From Nitrospirota bacterium (GTDB lineage Bacteria > Nitrospirota > UBA9217), in NCBI GenBank assembly GCA_029858565.1, contig JAOUEV010000003.1:80074-144073 (forward strand): a DNA stretch of 64,000 nucleotides, written 5' to 3'. Made by a program: the position numbers and the translations under genes. Below, piece after piece: positions 29,144 through 38,221 of the stretch; within the stretch, counting starts at the first letter, position 1; the number at the start of each line of letters is the position of its first letter. The notes below the pieces were generated by a model. That model was given only the letters and a program-made list of their open reading frames with translations, did no database searches and had not been told where the DNA came from.

Positions 29144-29290
29144 GTAGGTTGGGTCGAACGGTTCATATGGAGCCCAACGAATCATGATTGAGAGATGTTG
29201 GGCAAGATGAATCCTTTTACCAAACCTACCAACTCAGGGTATCGCAAGAGACCGAAGATGTCGGGTCTCGTTGCGCTCTACCCTACCTAC
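29144..29290. repeat. GTAG-type REP cluster (right flank of R-M cassette)
   Basis: GTAGGTTGGG...CCCAAC, GTTGGG...AAACCTAC and GTCGGG...CCCTACCTAC palindromic units. Confidence 0.7.
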
Positions 29291-29441
29291 GAATCCTGCT
29301 CATCAGAACCACCCCACCTAACCTCCCCTTATTACCAAAAGTAGGCGCCTCTAGGGGGAGGGAGGCATCTGCCCCTACCTTGACACCTGCCCGCCGCTCT
29401 CCTACAATTGAACCAGAGATACCCGTCACGTGGAGGATTCC

Positions 29442-31919
29442 GTGAACATCAAGGATTTCGAGGTCGCACTTGCTGATCTTCGCCGCACTGCCGATCCCGC
29501 GGAGTTTCCCTTTGCTACGACCGCGGAACTGTCCACACGCGAGGATGTGATCGGCCAGCAGCGCGCGGTGAGCTCTTTGGAGTTCGGCCTGGGGATCAAG
29601 AACCACGGCTACAATATCTACGTGTCCGGCGTGCCGGGTACGGGCAGGAACAGCATTGTCCGGTCCATTGTAAAGCGGATCTCCCTGGGACGGCCGGTGC
29701 CCGAGGACTGGTGCTTCATAAACAACTTCAAGGACGCAGACCGGCCCCACTCGATCAAGCTCGCGCCGGGCAGGGGGCGGGAGTTCCAGCATGACATGGA
29801 AAAGTTCATAGAGCTCATGCTGGCCGAGATCCCCAAGGTATTCGAATCCAAGGAGTATGAAGAGCAGAAGACCGGGGTCCAGGAACAGCTTGAGCACGCC
29901 AAGGAGGTCCTGTTCGAGGACACAGCGCACCGGGCGCAGGACCTGTCCTTCCAGCTTACGGTGACGCGGACCGGGATCGTGAAGGTCCCGCTGTTCAAAG
30001 GCAAGACCTTGCAACCCGAGGACGCGGAAAAGTTCACGCCCGAGCAGCGGCTCGAGATCGAGGACCGCGAAAAGAAGGTCGATGCCGAGATCCGCGATTT
30101 CCTGTCCAAGGCGCGCCTGCTCGACAAGGAGGCGCAGGAGAAGATCCGCGAGCTGAACCGCAAGATCGCCCACTTTGCCATGGGTCACCAGCTGGATGAC
30201 CTGAAGGTGAAATATCGGGATAATCCGCGCATACCCGACTATCTGAGCGAGGTGGAGGAGGACATTCTCGGGAATCTGAAGGAGTTCCTTGGCCAGACGC
30301 CGGAACTGCCGTTCCATATCGAGGGAATGGACCGCCAGGCCCTGCTGGAACGCTACCGGGTAAACGTGCTCGTTGATAATTCCAGGACCAGGGGCGGGCC
30401 GGTCGTGGAAGAAGCGAACCCGACCTACAATAACCTCGTCGGCAGGATCGAACGGAAAGCGCGGTTCGGCGCGCTGTTCACGAACTTCACCATGATCAAG
30501 TCGGGCTCCGTGCTCCAGGCGAACGGCGGATATCTGATCATGAACGCGCTGGACGTGCTGCGGAACCCCTTTTCCTGGGACGCGCTCAAAAGGATCATCA
30601 AGAAGAGCGAAGTGAAGATCGAGGATATCGCCGAGCTCTACGGCGTTTCCACGGCCGGGATCAAACCCGAACCGATCCCGGTTTCGGTCAAGGTCATCAT
30701 GCTCGGCAGTCCCTGGCTGTACTACCTGCTGTACTCCTATGATGAGGACTTCCGGAGCATCTTCAAGGTCCGGTCGGATTTTGACACACAGGTAAATGAT
30801 TCGGCCGATGAAAAGCAGCGGTACGCGAATTTCATAGGAAACATGGCGGCGGAGGAGAAACTGCTGGCATTCACCCGCGAGGCGGTCGCGGGGATCGTGG
30901 ACCACGCGGCCCGGCTTGCGGAGAAGAAGGGTAAGCTTTCCCTGCGCTTCAGCGATATTTCCGATATTGTGCGTGAGGCATCGTACTGGGCAGGAGAGGG
31001 CGGAGCAGCGGTTGTCGGAGCGGATCATGTGGACAAGGCGCTTGATGCCAGGATCTACCGGGGAAATCTTCTTGAAGAACGCATCCAGGAACTCCTGACC
31101 GACGGGACCATCCTGGTGGATGTGAGCGGCGCGGTAGCCGGCCAGGTGAACGGCCTGTCGGTCTACGACCTTGGGGACTTTTCCTTTGGCAAGCCGTCGC
31201 GGATAACCTGCAGTGTTCATCTGGGGAAGGCCGGCGTGGTGGACATCGAGCGGGAGGCCAAGCTCTCCGGCCGGATCTACAACAAGGGCGTGCTGATCCT
31301 GTCAGGCTATCTTGGCGGAACCTATGCACGGGACAGGCAGCTTTCCCTTTCCGCGAGCATTGCCTTTGAACAAAGCTACGGAGATATTGAAGGCGACAGC
31401 GCCTCGATCGCCGAGCTGGTCGCGCTTCTGTCGGCGGTCACCGGCGTCCCGGCGCGGCAAGACTTCGCGATCACGGGATCGATCAACCAAAAGGGAGAGG
31501 TCCAGCCCATCGGCGGAGTGAACGAGAAGATAGAAGGATTCTTCGCAGTATGCAAGGCACGGGGGCTTACCGGCGACCAGGGCGTGGTGATCCCCCGGAA
31601 GAATGTCATGCACCTCATGCTGAAAAAAGAGGTCGTCCAAGCGGTCAAAGAAGGGAAGTTCCGTATCTACGCGGTCTCGACCGCGGATGAGGCGCTCTTC
31701 CTCATGACCGGAGTCGTTGCTGGAGAGCGGAAGACCGACGGGACCTGGCCTGAGGGGACGTTGAATTATCTTGTGGACAAGCGGCTGAAGGAAATAGCGA
31801 AGAAGCTTAAGGCCGATGAAAAGGCCGAGGCCAAGGATAAGGAAAAGGAAAAAGAAAAGAAGGAAGAGAACAACGAGACACCGCCGCCCAAGCCGACCGT
31901 GCCGGGTGGACCGGGATAA
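29442..31919 (+). CDS. Lon-family (LonB/LonC-like) ATP-dependent protease
   Basis: IGQQRA, GVPGTGRNS, ANGGYLI, GQVNGLSV, catalytic GDSAS and GGVNEKIEGF; GGAGG RBS before GTG 29442. Confidence 0.93.
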   Translation: MNIKDFEVALADLRRTADPAEFPFATTAELSTREDVIGQQRAVSSLEFGLGIKNHGYNIYVSGVPGTGRNSIVRSIVKRISLGRPVPEDWCFINNFKDADRPHSIKLAPGRGREFQHDMEKFIELMLAEIPKVFESKEYEEQKTGVQEQLEHAKEVLFEDTAHRAQDLSFQLTVTRTGIVKVPLFKGKTLQPEDAEKFTPEQRLEIEDREKKVDAEIRDFLSKARLLDKEAQEKIRELNRKIAHFAMGHQLDDLKVKYRDNPRIPDYLSEVEEDILGNLKEFLGQTPELPFHIEGMDRQALLERYRVNVLVDNSRTRGGPVVEEANPTYNNLVGRIERKARFGALFTNFTMIKSGSVLQANGGYLIMNALDVLRNPFSWDALKRIIKKSEVKIEDIAELYGVSTAGIKPEPIPVSVKVIMLGSPWLYYLLYSYDEDFRSIFKVRSDFDTQVNDSADEKQRYANFIGNMAAEEKLLAFTREAVAGIVDHAARLAEKKGKLSLRFSDISDIVREASYWAGEGGAAVVGADHVDKALDARIYRGNLLEERIQELLTDGTILVDVSGAVAGQVNGLSVYDLGDFSFGKPSRITCSVHLGKAGVVDIEREAKLSGRIYNKGVLILSGYLGGTYARDRQLSLSASIAFEQSYGDIEGDSASIAELVALLSAVTGVPARQDFAITGSINQKGEVQPIGGVNEKIEGFFAVCKARGLTGDQGVVIPRKNVMHLMLKKEVVQAVKEGKFRIYAVSTADEALFLMTGVVAGERKTDGTWPEGTLNYLVDKRLKEIAKKLKADEKAEAKDKEKEKEKKEENNETPPPKPTVPGGPG

Positions 31920-31952
31920 AGAATCCTTGAAACTACAAAGGCGAGGCCCTGT

Positions 31953-32143
31953 TTTCGCGCAGAGACGCGGAGACGCAGAGAAAAGCAGATCAGGAACCTT
32001 TAATTCAGCCACGGAAGACGCGGAAGAAGCAAAGCATTTCCTCCGTTGGTTTTAAAGCCGAGATTAAGGCTTTTGATTTTTCCGCCTCTTCCGTGGCCAT
32101 TTTTCTTTTGCCGTTCCCTGCGCCTCTGCGTCTCCGCGCGAGA
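31953..32143. repeat. composite element: CGCAGAGA arms enclosing a GCCACGGAAGA element
   Basis: Outer arms 31953-31980 and 32116-32143; inner arms 32008-32027 and 32078-32097. Confidence 0.85.
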
Positions 32144-32241
32144 ATGGTTTTGTTTCGATGTTTCTCCAGGATCTATGCCCCTATAACCGGCCTTCCATGG
32201 TATAATGCTTCCGCTGTTGGTCATGGGGACAGCAACACTTC

Positions 32242-33300
32242 ATGTACGAATCCATCATTTCCTCGTTCCAGATACCCGGCAGGCTCCTTTCCGCGGAGCG
32301 CTTTGGTGCCGGTCTGATCAACGACACCATCCTCTGCGAGTACTCAGCCGATGGCGAGGTGCGCAAGTATATTCTCCAGCGCATCAATGGACAGGTATTT
32401 CTCCATCCCGGGCAGGTGATGCAGAACGTTGAGCTCGTGACCGGACATATCCAGGACCGGATGCGGCAGGAGGGGATCGCTGATCCCGAGAGCCTGACGC
32501 CGGCCCTGATCTGGACCCGCTCAGGAGGATCCTGTCATGTGGACCAGGGCGGCGGTCACTGGCGCATGTTCCACTTCATCGAGAGCGGAGAGGTATTCGA
32601 CCGCGTCAGGGACGGGAACCACGCGTACGAGGTCGGAAGGGCGCTCGGACGGTTCCAGGCGCTCGTTGCCGATCTTTCTCCTGAAAAGCTTCACGATACA
32701 CTTCCGGGTTTTCACGAAACACCCCGTTATCTCGCGGAGCTTGACCGGGCCGTGAAGACCCATGGAGAACATGCGTCCGCAGTCGGTCCGGAGCTTGCTT
32801 TTGTTGCGGTCAGGAGGTCGCTTGCGGACAGCCTTCTTGATCCGCTTCGCTCGGCCGCGATCCCGCTCCGGGTCGTGCATAATGATCCCAAGGTGAACAA
32901 CATCCTGATCAGCAAGGTCACGGGCAAGGCGCTCTGCATGGTGGACCTGGACACGGTGAAGCCGGGTATCGTGCATTTCGACTTCGGCGACTGCGTCCGC
33001 TCGGCAGCGAATCCGGCGGGAGAGGATGCGGAAGACCTGAACAGCGTGGCTTTTGAGACGGGCTGGTACGAAGCCCTGACCCGGGGATACCTTGAAGAAG
33101 CAAAGTTCCTGACCACGGCCGAGATCGAACTCCTCCCCCTGTCCGTGCGTGTCATAACCTTTGAGCTTGGCATCAGGTTCCTTTGCGATCATGTTCAGGG
33201 AGACACCTATTTCAGGACACGCTATCCCGGGCACAATCTGCACAGGGCGCGGGTGCAGTTCCGGTTGCTGGAGAAGATGGAAGAGGCGTTGAATAAATAA
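32242..33300 (+). CDS. aminoglycoside-phosphotransferase-family kinase (N-acetylhexosamine 1-kinase-like)
   Basis: GLINDT, YILQRIN, FHETP, RVVHNDPKVNN, DLDTVKPG, DFGDCVRS, HNLHRARVQ. Confidence 0.85.
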   Translation: MYESIISSFQIPGRLLSAERFGAGLINDTILCEYSADGEVRKYILQRINGQVFLHPGQVMQNVELVTGHIQDRMRQEGIADPESLTPALIWTRSGGSCHVDQGGGHWRMFHFIESGEVFDRVRDGNHAYEVGRALGRFQALVADLSPEKLHDTLPGFHETPRYLAELDRAVKTHGEHASAVGPELAFVAVRRSLADSLLDPLRSAAIPLRVVHNDPKVNNILISKVTGKALCMVDLDTVKPGIVHFDFGDCVRSAANPAGEDAEDLNSVAFETGWYEALTRGYLEEAKFLTTAEIELLPLSVRVITFELGIRFLCDHVQGDTYFRTRYPGHNLHRARVQFRLLEKMEEALNK

Positions 33301-33313
33301 GTATCAAGACCTG

Positions 33314-33410
33314 TTTCGCGCAGGGACGCAGAGCTCGCAGGGAAGACAAGTATCAAAGAACATGACCACGTCTTTGAGGTTTTCCCAGCGTCTCAGCGCC
33401 TCTGCGCGAG
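33314..33410. repeat. empty CGCAGAGG inverted-repeat element
   Basis: tttcgcgcagggacgcagagctcgcagggaa ... ttcccagcgtctcagcgcctctgcgcgag; reverse-orientation homologue of 24610-24707. Confidence 0.85.
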
Positions 33411-33458
33411 GACGGTTTTGGTGTGTCAGCCTTGTCTCATAATAAAGGAGCAGCCATC

Positions 33459-33833
33459 ATGCCGACCAAGATCGTGATCACCGTGAACCGCGTAAAGCTC
33501 GACGGGGAACTGTACGATACCCCCTGCGCTCAGGCGATCGCTAAACTGCTGCCGCTGTCCGAGCGGCCGTCCGAGTGGGGCGATGAGTTCTACTTCGAGA
33601 TCCCGGTCACCTGCGCGTCAGATCCCACTGCGACCACGAAAGTGCGGGTAGGGGACATCGGGTACTGGCCCCAGGGAAAAGCTCTTGCCATCTTCTTCGG
33701 CCGTACGCCCATGAGCACCGGGCCGGAACCGGTGCCTGCGGGACCGGTGAATTCCGTTGGGAGGATCATCGGAGACGCAGCGGTTTTGCAAAAGGAAAAG
33801 GGAACACGGAAGATCAGGATCGAGAAGGCGTGA
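33459..33833 (+). CDS. cyclophilin-like fold protein (TM1367/DUF369-like)
   Basis: WGDEFYFEIP, GDIGYWPQGKALAIFFGRTP; AAGGAG RBS. Confidence 0.88.
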   Translation: MPTKIVITVNRVKLDGELYDTPCAQAIAKLLPLSERPSEWGDEFYFEIPVTCASDPTATTKVRVGDIGYWPQGKALAIFFGRTPMSTGPEPVPAGPVNSVGRIIGDAAVLQKEKGTRKIRIEKA

Positions 33834-33840
33834 TGAGCGG

Positions 33841-33990
33841 ATCAAGAACCTTTTTCTGCCACGGAAAATGCGGAAGAAGCAGGGCGATTGCTCCAGGGTT
33901 TAAAACCCAAGGGTAACGTCTTTGAATTTTCCGCTTTTTCCGTGGCTATCGTTTTTGCCGTCCTCCGCGCCTCTGCGTCTCCGCGCGAGA
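33841..33990. repeat. second copy of the composite element (left outer arm missing)
   Basis: Colinear with about 31989-32143 including the spacer; ends ctctgcgtctccgcgcgaga. Confidence 0.8.
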
Positions 33991-34003
33991 TAAGGATTTT
34001 GAT

Positions 34004-34819
34004 GTGATCATTTTGAATACTTGTCGAAAGACAGCTTATCTTGGTTGCCTGATCGCATTGCTCTCCGCTTGCGGCACCATGCAGAACGGCCGGGGCTGGG
34101 GCCAGGATGCGACCCTCACGCCGGGATGGGACCGTGTGGGCAGGGCCGCGCTGAACGCCATGGCCGCACCCGAGACCTGGGCGCCTGCCGCGGGTGCCGC
34201 GGCATTTCAGATAGGCCACGCTGACCAGCGGGTGTCTGACCGGGCAATGAGGAGCAATCCGGTATACGGCTCCCGCCATACCGCCGACCGCGTGAGCGAC
34301 CAGCTGCTGTATGCCAGCGGAGCGGTCTGGGTCATTTCCGGGGCAGCGGCGCCGAGCGGAGAGGGGGCGGGCGAATGGACCCTGAACAAGATCAAAGGAT
34401 TCACCATCGAGGCCGGCGGCGGGCTTGCGGCACTGGGCCTGGTCGAGATCACGAAAAAGGGAACGGACCGGGAACGGCCGGACCATACCGACCGGGAAAG
34501 CTTTCCCTCGGGCCATGCAGCGGGCGCATCCTACTTTCTCACCCTGTCGTCGCGCCATGTTGACACCTTTGGGTGGTCGCCCGCTGCGGTGACCGCGAGC
34601 CGCATCGGTCTCGGCACGATCACGGCTGCGACCGCCTGGGCACGCGTCGAGGCAGGCCAGCATTACCCGTCAGATGTGCTGGCCGGGATCGCCGTAGGTC
34701 ATTTTTTCGGAGCTTTTGTGACCGACGCGTTCATCGGGGCTGATAATCCCCTGAATGCCCTGGTCCTGTTTGAACCGGCAAAAGGCGGAGGAGTGGCGAT
34801 GGTGCGGTTCGATTTCTGA
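34004..34819 (+). CDS. PAP2-family phosphatase, probable lipoprotein
   Basis: LSAC lipobox; K..TDRERP, SFPSGH, ARVEAGQHYPSDV. Confidence 0.88.
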   Translation: MIILNTCRKTAYLGCLIALLSACGTMQNGRGWGQDATLTPGWDRVGRAALNAMAAPETWAPAAGAAAFQIGHADQRVSDRAMRSNPVYGSRHTADRVSDQLLYASGAVWVISGAAAPSGEGAGEWTLNKIKGFTIEAGGGLAALGLVEITKKGTDRERPDHTDRESFPSGHAAGASYFLTLSSRHVDTFGWSPAAVTASRIGLGTITAATAWARVEAGQHYPSDVLAGIAVGHFFGAFVTDAFIGADNPLNALVLFEPAKGGGVAMVRFDF

Positions 34820-34844
34820 TACAATCGAAATCAAAAGGCATGTG

Positions 34845-34939
34845 TCGCGCAGTGGCGCAGAGTACGCAGGGAAGTCTAGGTCCCGGGACTGAATTTCGGT
34901 TTCAAGAACTCCTCTGCGCCTCAGCGCCTCTGCGCGAGA
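34845..34939. repeat. empty CGCAGAGG inverted-repeat element
   Basis: tcgcgcagtggcgcagagtacgcagggaag ... ctctgcgcctcagcgcctctgcgcgaga. Confidence 0.85.
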
Positions 34940-34982
34940 TAAGTCGCTTATCTGCCTTGCCTTTGAAAAAGGAGCTCCCTTC

Positions 34983-36170
34983 ATGGTAACCCTTGCAGAT
35001 ATCCAGCAGGCCCGGGAAAAGATCTCACCCTACATCCACCGAACGCCCCTGATCCGGTCCAACTCCCTGAGCACGATGACCGGCGCTGACGTCCATTTGA
35101 AGCTTGAGAACCTCCAGAAGACCGGGTCCTTCAAGGTCCGGGGCGCATTCAATAAACTGCTCCGCGTTCCTGAAGGCCGGGTGATCGCGGCATCCATGGG
35201 CAACCATGCCCAGGCGGTCGCCTATGCAGCCGCGTCCCTGGGAAAACGCAGCGTGATCGTGATGCCTGAGAGTGCCGCCATTGTGAAGCAGGAGGCTACG
35301 CGGGGATATGGAGCGGAGGTCGTGCTGAAGGGGGAGCGGTTCCAGGAAGCGCTCGATCTCGCCCGTTCGCGGACCGATGCGGTCTTTATTCATCCCTTTG
35401 ATGATGACGACGTGATCGCAGGCCAGGGTACCATCGGAATCGAAATCCTCGAAGACCTGCAGAACATCGATGCGGTGCTTGTGCCGGTCGGCGGCGGCGG
35501 TCTGATCGCGGGCATCGCAGCGGCAGTCAAGGCCCGTTCACCGCGCACCCAGGTCGTCGGCATCCAGACCGAGTCCGCGACCTCCGCGTGCCGTTCGTTC
35601 CGGGGAAAGCGTCTGTGCGAGCACGTGCCGGGAAACACGATCGCCGACGGCATCGCCGTGGGCCTGGTGGGAGAGCGGACCCTGGAGGTGATCACGGCCC
35701 AGGTGGACGATATGGTGACCGTGACCGAGGACGCCATAGCGCGGGCGATCCTGCTCTTCCTGGAGCGCAAGAAGCTCGTGGTCGAGGGTGCGGGCGCGGT
35801 GACGCTCGCGGCGCTCCTGGAGCATGGTGACCGGTTCCGCGGAAAGCGGGTGGTCCTGGTGCTGAGCGGCGGGAACATCGATTTCACGCTCGTGGACAGG
35901 ATCATCCTGAAGGGCCTTGTATCGAGCAACAGGATCAGCGTGTTCAGCATGGTCCTCGACGACGTTGCGGGCAGCCTGCACCGGGCCACGGGCCTCATCG
36001 CGGAAGCCCGTGCGAACATCGTTGATGTGGTCCATGACCGTCTTGCCGGAGGCGTCCCTGTGGGCAAGACACGTGTGCTGTTCACGGTAGAGGTCCGGAA
36101 CAGCGGCCACCTGTCGGACCTCTTTGCGCTGCTGCGCGCACAGGGGCTCTCGGTAAGCGCTGATACCTGA
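34983..36170 (+). CDS. ilvA: threonine ammonia-lyase with C-terminal ACT domain
   Basis: KLENLQKTGSFKVRGA, SMGNHAQ, HPFDD, VPVGGGGL, TIADGIAV, SGGNID. Confidence 0.93.
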   Translation: MVTLADIQQAREKISPYIHRTPLIRSNSLSTMTGADVHLKLENLQKTGSFKVRGAFNKLLRVPEGRVIAASMGNHAQAVAYAAASLGKRSVIVMPESAAIVKQEATRGYGAEVVLKGERFQEALDLARSRTDAVFIHPFDDDDVIAGQGTIGIEILEDLQNIDAVLVPVGGGGLIAGIAAAVKARSPRTQVVGIQTESATSACRSFRGKRLCEHVPGNTIADGIAVGLVGERTLEVITAQVDDMVTVTEDAIARAILLFLERKKLVVEGAGAVTLAALLEHGDRFRGKRVVLVLSGGNIDFTLVDRIILKGLVSSNRISVFSMVLDDVAGSLHRATGLIAEARANIVDVVHDRLAGGVPVGKTRVLFTVEVRNSGHLSDLFALLRAQGLSVSADT

Positions 36171-36228
36171 CCGCCGGGAACACAAGAGACCTCTTCTTTT
36201 TCCCCGGCTGCTGTGCTATTATGCGACC

Positions 36229-37686
36229 GTGAACGAACAACCGGCCATCTTCCGCAGATCAGAACATTCCCTTTCCCGCTCGTGGATCAGTCCCAATGCC
36301 CTCCGTGTTCTCTACCGGCTCAAGGAAAGCGGGCATTATTCCTATCTTGTCGGCGGCGGTGTGCGCGACCTCCTTCTGGGCCGCGAGCCCAAGGACTTCG
36401 ATATCGCGACCGACGCCCGTCCGAACGAGATCAAGAAGATATTCCGGAACTGCCGGCTTATCGGCCGCCGGTTCCGGCTCGCGCACATCCATTTCCATGA
36501 CGAGATCATCGAGGTGGCGACCTTCCGGTCCAATGCGCCGGAACCGGAACCGGAAGCAGCGATGCCTGCGTCTTCGGCTGAGAGCGTGGCTGCGGAGGCG
36601 GCACCTGAAGCAGAGACCTCCGTACCTTCGACCGATATGCAGGGTCCTGAGTCTCCGCCGCCGGCTCCCGAAGCTCCGGTCGAGCGTCCCCGGCCCCCCC
36701 GGCACCTGAAAAACGAGGACGGGATGATCCTCCGGGACAACCTGTTCGGCACACCGGGAGAGGACGCGCTCCGCAGGGACTTTACGGTCAATGCCCTGTT
36801 CTACAATATCGCGGACTTCAGCGTCATTGACTACGTCGGCGGCATGGACGATCTCAAGAAGGGGCTTATCCGCATTATCGGCGACCCGAGAGTGCGTTTC
36901 ACCGAGGACCCGGTCCGCATGGTGCGGGCGGTGCGATTCGCGGCAATGCTGGGATTCGAGATCGAGGACGAGACCTATTCCGCGCTGCTGGAGCTCCGGG
37001 ACAAGGTCGCGCTGGCGTCGAATGCCCGGATGTACGAGGAGATACAAAAGCTCTTCCTGCTCGGTGAAGGCGAGAAAGTGTTCCAGCTGCTCCGGAAGAC
37101 CGGGCTCTTCGGCGTCATCTTTCCCCATATCGATGCATGGCTCAATACCGAGGACAAAGGCTATCCCCGCACCTCTGTGGGCAAGGCGCTGGAATGGGTC
37201 GATGCGTGCGTGCAAACAGGGCGGAAAATACAGCCCCATATGCTTTTCGGCCTCATGTTCGGCCAGTATGTTGAAGAGAAATGGGGACGACTGGCGAAGT
37301 CCGGGATGATCCCGCTCGAGGCACTTGACCTGGCCGTTGCCGAGTTCCTTGCTGAGCAGGTCCCGAGGGTCCAGATACCGCGCAAGGTGGCGTTGGCGAT
37401 CAGGGACATGCTCTGGAACCAGGGCAGGTTCGAAAAGACCCGCGGCAAGACCCCGCTTTATTTTCTCAGGAGGCCGGGATTTCAGGACGCTTTTGAATAT
37501 CTCCGGTTCACCAGCGAGCTGTCCGGCGAACGGATGGAGCTCCGGATGTGGTGGAAGGAGTTCATCAGGACGAACGCATCCATCCCGGTTCCGGGTGCGG
37601 GTCCGCAGGCGATCCCGCCGCGTGAATCGCGGCCGCCGCGGCGTCGCAGACGGAGAAAACGGCCGGGAAGGGACATTGTTAAGTGA
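36229..37686 (+). CDS. pcnB: poly(A) polymerase I
   Basis: VGGGVRDLLLG.EPKDFDIAT, PAP-specific LIGRRFRLAHI, RRDFTVNAL, EDPVRMVRA, Arg-rich tail. Confidence 0.93.
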   Translation: MNEQPAIFRRSEHSLSRSWISPNALRVLYRLKESGHYSYLVGGGVRDLLLGREPKDFDIATDARPNEIKKIFRNCRLIGRRFRLAHIHFHDEIIEVATFRSNAPEPEPEAAMPASSAESVAAEAAPEAETSVPSTDMQGPESPPPAPEAPVERPRPPRHLKNEDGMILRDNLFGTPGEDALRRDFTVNALFYNIADFSVIDYVGGMDDLKKGLIRIIGDPRVRFTEDPVRMVRAVRFAAMLGFEIEDETYSALLELRDKVALASNARMYEEIQKLFLLGEGEKVFQLLRKTGLFGVIFPHIDAWLNTEDKGYPRTSVGKALEWVDACVQTGRKIQPHMLFGLMFGQYVEEKWGRLAKSGMIPLEALDLAVAEFLAEQVPRVQIPRKVALAIRDMLWNQGRFEKTRGKTPLYFLRRPGFQDAFEYLRFTSELSGERMELRMWWKEFIRTNASIPVPGAGPQAIPPRESRPPRRRRRRKRPGRDIVK

Positions 37687-37804
37687 GCGTCCGGTTCATG
37701 TTGCCCGAATCACGTGGTGGTGGTTGCGGAAGATCGAACATTTAGTATGGGCGATCCTTGATTAATCAAATGGTTGCGGCAGAATAAATATTTTTCTCTT
37801 TCCC

Positions 37805-37832
37805 TTGACGTCCTGCCTTTTTGCGCTATACT
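37805..37832 (+). promoter_or_regulatory. sigma70 promoter upstream of the structured RNA
   Basis: TTGACG-16 nt-TATACT. Confidence 0.6.
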
Positions 37833-37869
37833 CAGAACATTAGAACCAACCACGTTATCTCAAAGAGAT

Positions 37870-38024
37870 TACCTTGGGTTTTGGGGCAGAGGTAACAAGT
37901 TTATAGAAGCCTGGATGCACGGTGCGGTGTGCACGCCCTCAGCGAGCAGCAGAGAGGGAAGCCTGAAACACCTGCCAAGGCAATGAAACTGACCCAGCCT
38001 CTCCGATGCACAAGACCCAAGGTA
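37870..38024 (+). ncRNA. ssrS: 6S RNA-like rod-shaped non-coding RNA
   Basis: Closing stem TACCTTGGGTTTTG/CAAGACCCAAGGTA, internal stems, and an apical GTGTGCACGCCC...GGGAAGCCTGAAA segment resembling 6S RNAs; own promoter; no credible ORF. Confidence 0.6.
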
Positions 38025-38221
38025 CGCTTTTCCCTCCAGTAACCTTTCTGTTCATTTCCCCTGAGAAGCGCGATCGTCATGGTATTGCAATTGCTGCTGT
38101 TCCGGGCCGCGTTATGTGGCTTTCTGCCGGCTTTTGCATCTCTTGACCGGGAAAGCCGTTCTTGTGAGGCAGGGGGATATGGCAGAACCGCGGGCAAGAT
38201 CTTACGAATCTTCGAACACTG

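Noticed and set aside
31953-34939. Recurring repeats separated by unique DNA, considered as a CRISPR array
   Set aside because: The repeats are inverted pairs, degenerate and irregularly spaced with genes between them; no cas genes are present.
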